Shown here: positions 10,845-20,861 of the stretch, in pieces
Layout of the letters: each line of letters opens with the position of its first letter
How positions within the stretch are numbered: position 1 is the stretch's first letter
DNA from: Gammaproteobacteria bacterium
Lineage (GTDB): Bacteria > Pseudomonadota > Gammaproteobacteria > Thiohalospirales > Thiohalospiraceae
NCBI GenBank assembly: GCA_024277595.1
Contig: JAJRUV010000090.1
Coordinates: 547-64,546, forward strand
Reading direction: 5' to 3'
DNA length: 64,000 nucleotides
The notes under the pieces: model-generated
The model's input: only the letters and a program-made list of their open reading frames with translations
What the model was told of the DNA's origin: nothing
The model's database searches: none
Position numbers and translations under genes: made by a program

Positions 10845-12311
10845 ATGTCCATGATGAAAAGAAGAACTTTTATAAAATCGGTTGGTGCACTTGGCTTCAC
10901 TGCCAGCTTGCCCGCAATGTTTTCCAGTGAGCTAATCCGGCGGGCTGCTGCTGCCCCTGCCCTGAATGAAGTTTACTTTATGGCGCCGTCAGTGATGCCG
11001 CAGGTTATTAACGTGTTTCTCTACGGCGGGCCATCAGAGTTAGCGGGAAATCTGACCAACATTGAGGACATCAATGGCAACTCACAGAACCCCTATCCCG
11101 CAGATCTGCTGAGAGCTATAATGGATGAGGAAGGGAAAATAACACCTAACGGTTTTTGGAGTGATGCGGGGGGTGAGGCGATGGAGGATATGCTGGCTTC
11201 TGGTGATATGTCCATCTATCGCACTGTTTATCGCCGCAAGCACAACTCCCGCGCCCACCGGCCCAGTATTTTTTCCTGTCTGACCGGAAATCTGGATATC
11301 AACAGCAGTCCCGGGATGGGCACAACGTTGGCGGCGGTTTTGTATAAAAACCAGAATGTTCTCGGCAAACCGATTGAAGAATTTGTTCTGCCTTTTGTTT
11401 CATTTGAAGGGGCTTCAACAGCATTTCTCAGTGGTGCGGGTAATCCGCTGCCGCTGGCAATTCGCTCCATCAGTCTGGATCGGAGATTTAACAATCCCTA
11501 TTTCCGTAGCGGTAATGCCCAGTTTAATACGGCGCTGGATAACCTGGCTGCGCAGATGAGCACCGGAGCTGATACGCGTTATGCCAACGCTTTTGCCGGG
11601 TTTAGGACTCGCCAGGATCTGGAGCAGCGTATCGGTGGCTTTGCGTTAACACTCAATGATACCGGTTCGCTCCCGCTGCTTCCTGTCGGTGATGTGGATG
11701 CCGGTGACAACGGGCGTCTGCGATATCCGGACACACGCTATACCGACCGGATAAAGGCAGCTGTTACCCTGGCAATTGCCAACCCCGACAGTCTGTTCAT
11801 CGCGGTGGGCGGCGGTATTGGAGGCTGGGATGATCATGACTCCGCGATTGAAAGGTATACTGATCGGATGCAGGCGCTGATGACGACCCTGCGTGCGGCC
11901 ACCAAGCATATCAAGTATGCAACCCGTCCCGGAGGCGGCAGTACCGGAAATATAATTATCAACGTATTTGGTGATTTTGGCCGCAACGTTAACCTGAACA
12001 ACTCCATGGGCTGGGATCATGGCAACAACCAGAATTTTTATACTTTTGGTGGCGCGGATCTTCGACCCGCAGGTGCACTGGGAAAAATTGTTGGGAAAAC
12101 GGAACGTTTTGGCAGCTCGAAAAAGAATCGCCAGTTTACCAGACCGGTTGCTGACAGTTACGAGTTTGAACCCACCGCAATTGCTGCGACCATGTACTCC
12201 TGGTTTGGCGTGCAGAACCCTGAAGTCTTAACCAGGGATGCGAAATACTCTCTCCAGGGGGAAACGGCAATAGATGAGACCGAGCCAGGAGAGGCACCGA
12301 TGTTTCCATGA
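10845..12311 (+). CDS. DUF1501 family protein with Tat signal
   Basis: Start set at MSMMKRRTFIKSVGALGF (twin-arginine signal). GGWDDHD and FGDFGRNVNLNNSMGWDHG motifs are typical of DUF1501 (sulfatase-like fold). Confidence 0.8.
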   Translation: MSMMKRRTFIKSVGALGFTASLPAMFSSELIRRAAAAPALNEVYFMAPSVMPQVINVFLYGGPSELAGNLTNIEDINGNSQNPYPADLLRAIMDEEGKITPNGFWSDAGGEAMEDMLASGDMSIYRTVYRRKHNSRAHRPSIFSCLTGNLDINSSPGMGTTLAAVLYKNQNVLGKPIEEFVLPFVSFEGASTAFLSGAGNPLPLAIRSISLDRRFNNPYFRSGNAQFNTALDNLAAQMSTGADTRYANAFAGFRTRQDLEQRIGGFALTLNDTGSLPLLPVGDVDAGDNGRLRYPDTRYTDRIKAAVTLAIANPDSLFIAVGGGIGGWDDHDSAIERYTDRMQALMTTLRAATKHIKYATRPGGGSTGNIIINVFGDFGRNVNLNNSMGWDHGNNQNFYTFGGADLRPAGALGKIVGKTERFGSSKKNRQFTRPVADSYEFEPTAIAATMYSWFGVQNPEVLTRDAKYSLQGETAIDETEPGEAPMFP

Positions 12312-12312
12312 C

Positions 12313-13299
12313 TCAGAGACACCAGAAATCGACCTCCTGGGCTTTGAGGAAATCGCGAGCCCGGCTTCCTTGCAGCATGGCCATGGTTGAAAGCATCCCG
12401 GCTTCCAGACAGGTATTGGCGATAACAGTGACAGCTCGTGGCGCATCCGGAACTGGCCAGCCAGTGGTTGGATCCAGGATATGACCGTAACGGATACCCT
12501 CTTTGAGCAGGTAGCGGCGTGCATCACCGCTGGTTGCCAATCCTCCTGTTGACAGATTCACTGCACCAATCTGATTGGTGCCAGTCGCTTGCGGATCGTC
12601 AACTCCTACTCCCCAGGGTTCTCCATCCGGTTGCGGACCCAGCGCGTACAGATCTCCACCGTAGTTGACAAGCACCCCTGTTTGCAGCTCTTTGAATATT
12701 AATTGAGCGGTTTGATCAACGGCATACTCCTTGCCAATTCCTCCCAGGTCAATTTCCATTCCCGGACGAAGAGTGATAACGGGTCTTTTCCATTCCACCT
12801 TGTCCCAGCCGAGCCGCGGCAGTATTGATGCTACCGCAGCCGGATCGGGAACGTTGGCACTACCATCAAATTTCCATACTTCGCGCAGCACTCCGGAGGT
12901 TATGTCAAACTTATGTTCGCTGAGCTGGTAGCATTGCCGGGAAAAGTCCAGCAGATTGGCGGTCTCTTCATCGACGGAAACCGGCGTTCCGCTACTGTGG
13001 TTGATCCGGTAAATACAGTTGTCCTGCCGGTAGCGGCTGAATTTCCGTTCAATGCGTTTGGCTTCGGCATAACCCAGTTGCAGCAGATCCTCCGCCAACG
13101 AGCGGTTATCGGTAGCGAGCAGTATTTCACATGGGCTGGCCATGGCCTGAAAGCAGCCACGCCAGTAGCCGGATTCTCTGGTTAGGACGGGGGACAAGAG
13201 TGTGTCCCCCCCAAGTCGCTGTAAAGGAACGATGAACAACAAGAGCGCCTTTTGAATATATGGCCATTCATATAGAAAACCCGGTTTGCTCTGTGTCAA
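12313..13299 (-). CDS. apbE: FAD:protein FMN transferase (ApbE family)
   Basis: 328 aa. Motifs AMASPCEILL, GGIGKEYAVD and HILDPTTGWP are characteristic of ApbE. Confidence 0.88.
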   Translation of the reverse strand: MTQSKPGFLYEWPYIQKALLLFIVPLQRLGGDTLLSPVLTRESGYWRGCFQAMASPCEILLATDNRSLAEDLLQLGYAEAKRIERKFSRYRQDNCIYRINHSSGTPVSVDEETANLLDFSRQCYQLSEHKFDITSGVLREVWKFDGSANVPDPAAVASILPRLGWDKVEWKRPVITLRPGMEIDLGGIGKEYAVDQTAQLIFKELQTGVLVNYGGDLYALGPQPDGEPWGVGVDDPQATGTNQIGAVNLSTGGLATSGDARRYLLKEGIRYGHILDPTTGWPVPDAPRAVTVIANTCLEAGMLSTMAMLQGSRARDFLKAQEVDFWCL

Positions 13300-13313
13300 T
13301 AATAACTATGATT

Positions 13314-13375
13314 GTAACTATTCAGCATAGCTGACAATGAGCAGGTAACTGTTCAGGTTACCCCTGAACAGTTAC
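13314..13375 (+). mobile_element. MITE copy B, 62-bp mini form
   Basis: GTAACTATTCAGC + 18-nt spacer + perfect palindrome GTAACTGTTCAGG-TTAC-CCTGAACAGTTAC. The flanking 8-mers CTATGATT and CTGCGATT match 6/8, a degraded TSD. It sits between the DUF3570 stop and the apbE start. Confidence 0.8.
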
Positions 13376-13381
13376 CTGCGA

Positions 13382-14596
13382 TTAATCAAATGCCTTCTTA
13401 TAGCTGGCTTGAAATATCAATGCCTTGTTGGTGTCAAACTCCGCCTCAGCAAAAGACTGGTAGAGGTATTCCAGACGGAACCGCAGCGTTCCTCCCCAGG
13501 CAGGCAGACCGTACTTTGTTCCCAGAGTCACGCTGTTCATCTCATCCAGGCGGTAATCAGCACTGGCGAACTCCGGTAACGGTTGCTCTTCCGAAACATA
13601 AGGCAGACTATGGGAAAAAAAGTTTGCGGCTGTCTGTGAGTAGAGACGCAAATGGGGTTCCAGGAAGTGGCCGTTGGCGAATTTTTTTCGATGCCGGTAA
13701 TTTAGGGTGTGGGAGTTGATATCCCAGTCGTCCCGGTAAAAACGGTAGGAGAGATGGATTGTGTCCTGGTTTCCCAGCCGGTGCACCAAAGCTCCATACA
13801 GGGTTTGCCGCAGACGGTTGTCGGGTCGGCTTTCATAATAGCGCTCTTTCTCTACGCCATTGGCGTCCGTCATACTGATCAGTTTGTAAGGATCGGTAAG
13901 ATAGCCCTCCTGGGAGCCAATGGTGTAATTAATTTGCGCCACGGTGCGCCGGTTAAGGGTTTTTGATATACCCAGCAATCCTTCATAACCGCGTTTTTTT
14001 CCGGCGTCATAAAACACCGCTTCATCAACATTGCCCATTGGTTGGGGCGTTCTTCCCGAACTCTGGAAAACAGCATCATAGGAACTGGCGATCCCGGCTG
14101 TGAAAGTCAGGTTACGGTCTGCCGTTTCCTTGTCGAAGGTCAGGCTTCCGCCATAGGCTTCATAGTCGCGTTCAACAGAGACGCTGGCGCCATAGTTTAT
14201 CTTGAAGGTTCTGCTGTATTTGCGTGTCCAGCCAACGTTGACTCCCAGACGAGTGTCATCAAACAGAATCAGATCAGGTGTCCCTGACGCTGTCTTGAAA
14301 CCGTTACCACCGGAAGATGGGGTAGTAACCGATACCGTATTAACCGATTTGACAGCACCGCTGGGAGTAGCTCCGGTTATCGTGTCGTAAACAGCTTCAA
14401 GCGAAAGGGCGTTATTGTCCCCTAGGGTAACATTGGCATTGGTGATGATTTTATGGACAGTTACCCTGTCAGCTTCACTGTATACAAGATAAGAGGTATC
14501 CGAGATCCAGGAGCTGTCCGTTGCGGCTGCCTGTTGTGCTCCTTGCGACAGAAGGGCACAAGTGGCAATGGCCAGTTTGCTGCGAATTGATTTCAT
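13382..14596 (-). CDS. DUF3570 family outer-membrane (beta-barrel-like) protein
   Basis: Start set at MKSIRSKLAIATCALLSQGAQQAAA (signal peptide). Alternating beta-strand pattern and C-terminal ...YKKAFD. It follows DUF4266, as in the conserved cluster. Confidence 0.75.
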   Translation of the reverse strand: MKSIRSKLAIATCALLSQGAQQAAATDSSWISDTSYLVYSEADRVTVHKIITNANVTLGDNNALSLEAVYDTITGATPSGAVKSVNTVSVTTPSSGGNGFKTASGTPDLILFDDTRLGVNVGWTRKYSRTFKINYGASVSVERDYEAYGGSLTFDKETADRNLTFTAGIASSYDAVFQSSGRTPQPMGNVDEAVFYDAGKKRGYEGLLGISKTLNRRTVAQINYTIGSQEGYLTDPYKLISMTDANGVEKERYYESRPDNRLRQTLYGALVHRLGNQDTIHLSYRFYRDDWDINSHTLNYRHRKKFANGHFLEPHLRLYSQTAANFFSHSLPYVSEEQPLPEFASADYRLDEMNSVTLGTKYGLPAWGGTLRFRLEYLYQSFAEAEFDTNKALIFQASYKKAFD

Positions 14597-14621
14597 TTTG
14601 TACTTTTCGTTAGCTGCATAG

Positions 14622-14855
14622 TCAGTTACACCCACACCCGCCGCCGCCAACACCCTGGCCACCGGTCGATGCTTCTCTGCTGAAGTAGATATGGTCATCA
14701 GCAAAACTTTCGGCAGGATCGGCATCCAGCTGCATCACCTGTTCAGCCAGCGTCCCTTTTTGCCAGGGTTTTACCTGTTCCATCTTGAATACGGCACATG
14801 CCTGCAGCGTAAGTCCCAGTGCACAAATCACGGGAAGTCGGAGCTTGTTCGTCAT
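14622..14855 (-). CDS. DUF4266 small lipoprotein
   Basis: 77 aa. Lipobox LTLQAC. Diagnostic C-terminus GGGGCGCN. Confidence 0.8.
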   Translation of the reverse strand: MTNKLRLPVICALGLTLQACAVFKMEQVKPWQKGTLAEQVMQLDADPAESFADDHIYFSREASTGGQGVGGGGCGCN

Positions 14856-15355
14856 TTGGCCAGCAGCTCCTCAATGGCTGTTTCCAGCTTGAATTTCTGG
14901 GTTTTATTGAAACCTTCGATTGTCTCTACGATGTGGCCGTTTTTGTCAATGAGGTAGGATGTAGGCATCACTTTCAGCCCATAGGCTTCAGCAACCTTCC
15001 CCTTTCGATCGAATGCGATGGTAAAAGCTGCCGGGTATTTGCGGAGAAACGCGGTCGCATCTTCGGGAGACTCATCAAGGGTAATGGCAATGACCTCAAA
15101 CCCCTTTTCCTTATAGCGTGCCTGAACCATGTTCATCCAGGGAAAGGACTTGCGGCAAGGCAAGCACCATGATGCCCAAAAATCAACGTAGACAACCTTG
15201 CCCCGGAAGTCGGCCAGGTCCACGACTCCGGTTGTTCCGGGCAGCCTGAAACGGGGAGCCTTGTCATCAGCAGCTGCTATTAATGGGTGCAACATCAGGA
15301 ATAACAGACTGAATATGCTGAATATGATAGTGGTGCTAACTGCTCGTTTAAACAC
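14852..15355 (-). CDS. TlpA-family thiol:disulfide oxidoreductase
   Basis: WASWCLPCRKSFP thioredoxin motif. I prefer the GTG at 15355, which is preceded by GAGG 6 nt upstream and gives VFKRAVSTTIIFSIF... as signal anchor. The ORF track start at 15391 (also GTG) remains possible. Confidence 0.85.
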   Translation of the reverse strand: MFKRAVSTTIIFSIFSLLFLMLHPLIAAADDKAPRFRLPGTTGVVDLADFRGKVVYVDFWASWCLPCRKSFPWMNMVQARYKEKGFEVIAITLDESPEDATAFLRKYPAAFTIAFDRKGKVAEAYGLKVMPTSYLIDKNGHIVETIEGFNKTQKFKLETAIEELLAK

Positions 15356-15717
15356 AATTACCTCTGAATTGTTTCCATTAATTGCCCACACTGCACACCG
15401 GGTTGATGTTAATCAAGCCGGAACTACATAAAGGCATCTCAAAAAACTGCTTATTTCACCACTATTGGCAACACAGGTATTTATTTTTACCGAGCACGAA
15501 AAGTCGATAACTGAATTATTAGAGATGCCCGCAAGTGAAATTTTCGGCAATTATAATATGATTTTCGTATAGTCGATAATTAACTAGTTTATATATCGGA
15601 ATATTATTCTTTTTATTTAGCCCCGGCTTGTGATACATGCCGCAAAACAGATGTTTCTGCCCGGACGGATATGGCTATCGTTTGCGTTGTTGCCGGAGGC
15701 AACTAACACACGTTGCC

Positions 15718-15773
15718 TTCAGGGGCAATCTTGAGTAGTTACTGCAATAATTTACAATTCGCTGAATAGTTAC
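15718..15773 (-). mobile_element. MITE fragment C (left arm only, reverse orientation)
   Basis: TTCAGGGGCAATCTTGAGTAGTTAC-N18-GCTGAATAGTTAC is the reverse complement of the left TIR, spacer, internal repeat and start of the core. No TSD. Confidence 0.7.
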
Positions 15774-15937
15774 AGCTGAATGAAATGACTGAGCCTGGCG
15801 CACTCCTGCAACCGATTGGCTTTAACCGACTTGATATGAATCCCCTGATTAAGAATCAAGGATTCTTCCGCATTGCAGGTGCATCTTTGTGCAAATAAAG
15901 GTTAGACTAGTGGGTTTTTGCAACGGAATAACAAGCA

Positions 15938-17752
15938 GTGATTCAAAATCTACGTAATATCGCTATTATCGCCCACGTCGATCACGGCAAGACCACGCTG
16001 GTAGACAAGCTACTGCACCAGTCCGGCACGTTTGACGACCGTGCCCGTATAGAAGAACGCGTGATGGACTCCAATGATCTGGAACGTGAGCGCGGTATTA
16101 CGATTCTGGCCAAGAATACCGCTATCAAATGGCGTGATTACCGGATCAACATCGTTGATACCCCCGGTCATGCTGATTTTGGCGGTGAAGTGGAGCGTAT
16201 TCTGTCGATGGTGGATTCGGTACTGCTGCTGGTGGATGCGGTGGAGGGTCCGATGCCGCAAACCCGTTTCGTTACCCAGAAGGCGCTGCAACACGGCCTC
16301 AAGCCAATCGTGGTGATCAACAAGATCGACCGGCCGGGCAGCCGTCCCGACTGGGTACTGGATCAGACCTTTGATCTGTTCGATCAGCTCGGGGCAACGG
16401 ATGATCAGCTTGATTTTCCGGTGGTTTACGCCTCGGCTCTGAACGGCTATGCAAGCCTGGACGCCGACAGTCATGGTGATGACATGACTCCTCTGTTCGA
16501 GGTGATTACCAAGCGGGTCAACCCGCCGGATGTGGACAGGGATGGCCCGTTTCAGATGCAGGTCAGCCAGCTGGATTACAATAGTTACGTAGGAGTTATC
16601 GGCATCGGCCGTATTGCCCGTGGCAGCATCAAGGCAAGTACGCCAGTGATGATTGTCGATACCGGGGGCAACCGGCGTAATGGCCGGATGTTGCAGATCA
16701 TGGGGTTTCATGGTCTTGAACGGGTCGAGATGGAGGGTGCTGAAGCGGGTGACATTATCGCCTTTACCGGCATCGATCAGCTGAATATTTCCGATACCCT
16801 GTGCGATCCTGCCGCAGTGGAGGCATTGCCGCCGCTGACTGTGGATGAGCCTACCGTGAGCATGACCTTCCAGGTCAATAATTCACCATTCTCCGGCAAG
16901 GATGGCAAATTCGTAACCTCCCGCCAGATCCATGAACGTTTGCATCGCGAGCTGGTACACAATGTAGCGCTGCGAGTGGAAGATACCGGTGATCCGGACA
17001 AATTCCGCGTTTCCGGGCGGGGTGAGTTGCATCTCTCCATACTTATTGAAAACATGCGCCGTGAGGGGTTCGAGCTGGGGGTGTCGCGTCCCGAAGTGAT
17101 TATTCGCGAAGTGGATGGCGAAAAGCAGGAACCCTACGAGCAGCTTACCGTGGATGTCGAGGATACTCACCAGGGTACGGTGATGGAAAAGCTGGGGCAG
17201 CGGGGCGCGGAACTCAAGGATATGCAGCCGGATGGCAAGGGGCGAGTGCGGCTGGACTATATGATCCCGGCGCGGGGCCTGATCGGTTTTCGAACCGAGT
17301 TCCTGACCGCCACCCAAGGCACCGGCCTCCTGTATAACGTATTCGACCACTATGGTCCTGTCAAGCAGGGTGATTTCGGGCAGCGGGTAAACGGCGTACT
17401 GATCGCCAACGGCGCTGGCAAGGCACTGGGATATGCGCTGTTCAATCTGCAGGAGCGGGGGCGTCTGTTTATCGGCCATGGTGCCGAGGTTTATGAGGGG
17501 ATGATTATCGGCATTCATGCGCGCGCCAACGACTTGGTGGTCAATCCCCTCAAGGGCAAGCAGTTGACCAACATTCGTGCCGCCGGAACGGATGAAAATA
17601 TTCAGCTTACTCCGCCGATTCGGATGTCACTGGAGCAGGCGCTGGAGTTTGTTGATGATGATGAACTGGTGGAGGTTACGCCACATCACATCCGGTTGCG
17701 CAAGAAACTGTTGCTTGAGCACGAACGCAAAAAGGCCTCACGAGCAGGGTAA
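15938..17752 (+). CDS. typA: Translational GTPase TypA/BipA
   Basis: 604 aa. [17 protein letters not shown]1 motif, DTPGHADF G3 motif, EF-G-like domains. GTG start. Confidence 0.95.
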   Translation: MIQNLRNIAIIAHVDHGKTTLVDKLLHQSGTFDDRARIEERVMDSNDLERERGITILAKNTAIKWRDYRINIVDTPGHADFGGEVERILSMVDSVLLLVDAVEGPMPQTRFVTQKALQHGLKPIVVINKIDRPGSRPDWVLDQTFDLFDQLGATDDQLDFPVVYASALNGYASLDADSHGDDMTPLFEVITKRVNPPDVDRDGPFQMQVSQLDYNSYVGVIGIGRIARGSIKASTPVMIVDTGGNRRNGRMLQIMGFHGLERVEMEGAEAGDIIAFTGIDQLNISDTLCDPAAVEALPPLTVDEPTVSMTFQVNNSPFSGKDGKFVTSRQIHERLHRELVHNVALRVEDTGDPDKFRVSGRGELHLSILIENMRREGFELGVSRPEVIIREVDGEKQEPYEQLTVDVEDTHQGTVMEKLGQRGAELKDMQPDGKGRVRLDYMIPARGLIGFRTEFLTATQGTGLLYNVFDHYGPVKQGDFGQRVNGVLIANGAGKALGYALFNLQERGRLFIGHGAEVYEGMIIGIHARANDLVVNPLKGKQLTNIRAAGTDENIQLTPPIRMSLEQALEFVDDDELVEVTPHHIRLRKKLLLEHERKKASRAG

Positions 17753-17758
17753 ATCCGG

Positions 17759-18208
17759 GTGATTGGCTTGCTGCAGCGTGTCACTGAAGCCAGCGTTGTG
17801 GTTGCCGGCGAACAGGTGGGCGCAATCGGCACGGGGCTGCTGGTGTTGGTGGGGGTGGAAAAGGGAGATGGCAAGGTTCAGGCCGAACGGCTGCTGGAGC
17901 GCATGCTGGGCTATCGTATGTTTGCCGATGTCGCTGGAAAAATGAATCGCAGCCTCGCCGATATTGCAGGGGGGTTGCTCCTGGTGCCGCAGTTCACGTT
18001 GGCCGCCAATACCCGCAAAGGGATGCGTCCCGGCTTCACACCGGCGGCCTCGCCGGAGATTGGCGAGCATCTTTTTTCGTGGCTGCTTCAGCAGGCGCTG
18101 CAGCGGCATGGCACAGTGGCAAGCGGGTGTTTTGGTGCAGATATGCAAGTGCGGTTGATCAATGACGGCCCGGTGACATTCCGGCTGCGTGTTCCTCCTG
18201 CTTGTTGA
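17759..18208 (+). CDS. dtd: D-aminoacyl-tRNA deacylase
   Basis: 149 aa. MIGLLQRVTEASVVV...SQFTL-type region (VPQFTLAAN), C-terminal NDGPVTF. Confidence 0.9.
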   Translation: MIGLLQRVTEASVVVAGEQVGAIGTGLLVLVGVEKGDGKVQAERLLERMLGYRMFADVAGKMNRSLADIAGGLLLVPQFTLAANTRKGMRPGFTPAASPEIGEHLFSWLLQQALQRHGTVASGCFGADMQVRLINDGPVTFRLRVPPAC

Positions 18209-18274
18209 CGGCTGGCTTTTGATCTAATTAGATGATAGCGTTACAGTATAACTAAAAACTTATTCTCGGTTCAG

Positions 18275-19435
18275 GTGATGTCATCCCCACAAAAACAGCG
18301 AGATCTTGTACAGACAATTCAGCGCGGCATGGAGACCTCCACACTGGATGCACTGCGTAAAGAGAACCGGCAACTGCGCAGCCGGCTGGACGGGTTGTTG
18401 AAGCAGGCGCATGTCAATGAAAAAAAACTGCGCCGCTTGCAGATTCAGGAGATGAATCTGCTGGGTCTTGATTCGCTGGCAGACGTTATTTCTACCCTGA
18501 CTGTCGATTATCCGCGTGCCTTTGATCTCCTCCAGGTTGTGTTGGTACTGGTGGATTCAGATAATCAGATACAGAAATTGCTTGAGCAGCTCCCGGCAGG
18601 GGCGCATCAGTTTCAGGGGGTCATGCTGCTTCCTGACATGACCGCTCTCGAAGAGATATTTCATAACTCCCCCACGCCACGTCTGGGCGAGTACAATCCT
18701 GCTATTCATGCTCCCTTGCTTGGGCACACGCGGCCGGTTCCCCTCAGTGTAGCCATGATGCCGCTGTTGCGGCGGGGCCGTCTTATTGGCAGCCTCAACA
18801 TGGGGGCGCGAAATGCGGAGCGGTTTGCCACCAATAAAGACACCTATTTTCTGGGGCGTTTAGCGACCACGGTTGCAGTGTGTGTGGAGAGTGCCATCAA
18901 CCATGAACGGCTGGCCAATCTTGGTCTGACTGATCCATTGACCGAGGTTAATAACCGCCGCTTCTTCGATCAGCGTCTTGAAGAGGAGATTATGCGTACC
19001 ATGCGCGGAAAGACATCGCTGGCCTGCCTGCTGATCGATGTGGACTACTTCAAGCGGATTAACGACAGCTACGGACACCAGGCAGGTGACAGCGTGCTGC
19101 GCCAGGTTGCTGCTGTGTTGAGACAGCATCTGCGCGGACAGGATGTGCTGGCGCGTTACGGTGGCGAGGAGTTTGTTGCTCTGTTGAGCGCCGCCACCCT
19201 GGAGCGGGCCGAGGTGATTGCCGAGCGCATTCGCATGGCCCTGGAGCAGTGTGCTTTTCTCCAGGACGAGGGGAAGAGCTTGCGGATCACTGCCTCCATC
19301 GGTGTCAGCGTGTTGCGGCCCCGACAGCATCGAGGTGAGTTTAAACGCCTGGGAATGGAGCTGGTTGAGCGTGCTGACCAGGCACTCTACCGGGCCAAGG
19401 AGAGCGGCAGAAACCGGGTGGTCGCCTCTGCCTGA
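18275..19435 (+). CDS. Diguanylate cyclase (GAF/DUF484-like N-domain + GGDEF)
   Basis: Intact RYGGEEF active site with an RGQD (RxxD) I-site five residues upstream. DPLTEVNNRRFF start of the GGDEF domain. Confidence 0.88.
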   Translation: MMSSPQKQRDLVQTIQRGMETSTLDALRKENRQLRSRLDGLLKQAHVNEKKLRRLQIQEMNLLGLDSLADVISTLTVDYPRAFDLLQVVLVLVDSDNQIQKLLEQLPAGAHQFQGVMLLPDMTALEEIFHNSPTPRLGEYNPAIHAPLLGHTRPVPLSVAMMPLLRRGRLIGSLNMGARNAERFATNKDTYFLGRLATTVAVCVESAINHERLANLGLTDPLTEVNNRRFFDQRLEEEIMRTMRGKTSLACLLIDVDYFKRINDSYGHQAGDSVLRQVAAVLRQHLRGQDVLARYGGEEFVALLSAATLERAEVIAERIRMALEQCAFLQDEGKSLRITASIGVSVLRPRQHRGEFKRLGMELVERADQALYRAKESGRNRVVASA

Positions 19436-20522
19436 ACCGCTGGATTACCCTATCGACCGGTTTGCCGGACGACTGCTGGAGTGGTATGACCGACACGGAC
19501 GCAAGGGACTGCCATGGCAGCAGAACCGCACGCCATATACGATCTGGCTTGCAGAGATTATGCTGCAGCAGACCCGGGTGGTGACCGTTATCCCCTATTA
19601 TCGGCGTTTTCTGAAACATTTTCCTGACTTGATAACGCTGGCTGATGCCGGTATCGACGAGGTGCTGCATTTGTGGTCCGGTCTGGGATACTATGCCCGC
19701 GGCCGACATCTCCATCGTGCAGCACAGATGATTCGTGACCAGCATGATGTAATTTTCCCGCAGACCTTTGAGGAGGTCATTACCCTGCCCGGTATTGGCC
19801 GTTCGACTGCCGGGGCGATACTGTCACAGGCATTCGGGCAGCGTCATCCCATCCTGGATGGTAACGTCAAGCGGTTGCTGTGCCGGCTACACGCCATCGA
19901 GGACTGGCCGGGAAAAGCTGCAGTGCAGCAACCGCTGTGGCGACTCGCCGCGCAATATCTGCCACATGGGCGGATGGCGGACTATACCCAGGCGATGATG
20001 GATTTCGGGGCAACCCTGTGTAGTCGTTCCCGTCCCGCATGTGGCGAGTGTCCCTTTGCTGCTGGCTGTCTTGCCCATCGGCAGGGACGGGAACGGGAGT
20101 TGCCTGCTTCCAGAAAGTCCAGCCAGCTGCCTCTGCGCCACACAACCCTGCTGCTTATCACCGATACAGAGGGCCATGTCCTGCTGGAACAGCGCCCACC
20201 AGTGGGAATCTGGGGCGGGCTGTGGAGTTTTCCGGAGTGTGATGAAGAGGCAGATCCGATAGGTTGGTGCCGCAAGGAACTGGGTTGTGATATCGAGATC
20301 CAGAAGCCCCTGCCGCTGGTGTACCACACTTTCAGCCATTTTCGCCTGAAAATTACGCCATTGCCCGCTCGTCTGCTTGATAATCCTGCCGGGGCAATGG
20401 AAGCGCGCCCGCTACTCTGGTATAACATTCAGCAACCTGAAATTTGCGGACTTGCCGCACCTGTTCAGCGATTGCTTGAGCAGCTTGACCAAGGAGATAC
20501 TATAAATGAGTCACACTGTTAA
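19371..20522 (+). CDS. mutY: A/G-specific adenine DNA glycosylase MutY (start uncertain)
   Basis: [16 protein letters not shown], HhH-GPD region, 4Fe-4S cluster [22 protein letters not shown]-like C-terminal domain. There is no ATG between the upstream stop (19435) and the conserved N-terminus. In-frame candidates are TTG 19365 and GTG 19371, both inside the upstream gene. Confidence 0.88.
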   Translation: MLTRHSTGPRRAAETGWSPLPEPLDYPIDRFAGRLLEWYDRHGRKGLPWQQNRTPYTIWLAEIMLQQTRVVTVIPYYRRFLKHFPDLITLADAGIDEVLHLWSGLGYYARGRHLHRAAQMIRDQHDVIFPQTFEEVITLPGIGRSTAGAILSQAFGQRHPILDGNVKRLLCRLHAIEDWPGKAAVQQPLWRLAAQYLPHGRMADYTQAMMDFGATLCSRSRPACGECPFAAGCLAHRQGRERELPASRKSSQLPLRHTTLLLITDTEGHVLLEQRPPVGIWGGLWSFPECDEEADPIGWCRKELGCDIEIQKPLPLVYHTFSHFRLKITPLPARLLDNPAGAMEARPLLWYNIQQPEICGLAAPVQRLLEQLDQGDTINESHC

Positions 20523-20778
20523 CTGCGTCAAACTGGGCCAGAACGCCGAAGGGCTCGACAGACCGCCCTATCCTGGCAACCTGGGCAAGCGAATCTATGA
20601 AAATGTATCCAGGGAGGCGTGGCAGGGCTGGATTCGCTATCAGACCATGCTGATCAATGAGCACCGCCTGACACCGATTGATCCCGAGCATCGCAAGTTT
20701 CTGGAGCAGGAGATGGAGAATTTCTTTTTCGGCGACGGTGCATCCATGCCGGAGGGTTTTGTTCCTCCGCAAGGGTAA
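20506..20778 (+). CDS. yggX: Fe(2+)-trafficking / oxidative-damage protection protein YggX
   Basis: 90 aa. [24 protein letters not shown]...[11 protein letters not shown]. Conserved mutY-yggX linkage. Confidence 0.92.
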   Translation: MSHTVNCVKLGQNAEGLDRPPYPGNLGKRIYENVSREAWQGWIRYQTMLINEHRLTPIDPEHRKFLEQEMENFFFGDGASMPEGFVPPQG

Positions 20779-20861
20779 CTGCAGCCTGTCGTGCAGGAAT
20801 GAGTTTGGCACGCATTGCATGAATTCCGATTGGGTGATGCAGATAAATCAGGGAGAGAACA

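Noticed and set aside
16010-16711. 233-aa ORF antisense to typA.
   Set aside because: It lies entirely inside the strongly supported typA gene and is a typical shadow ORF of GC-rich coding sequence.
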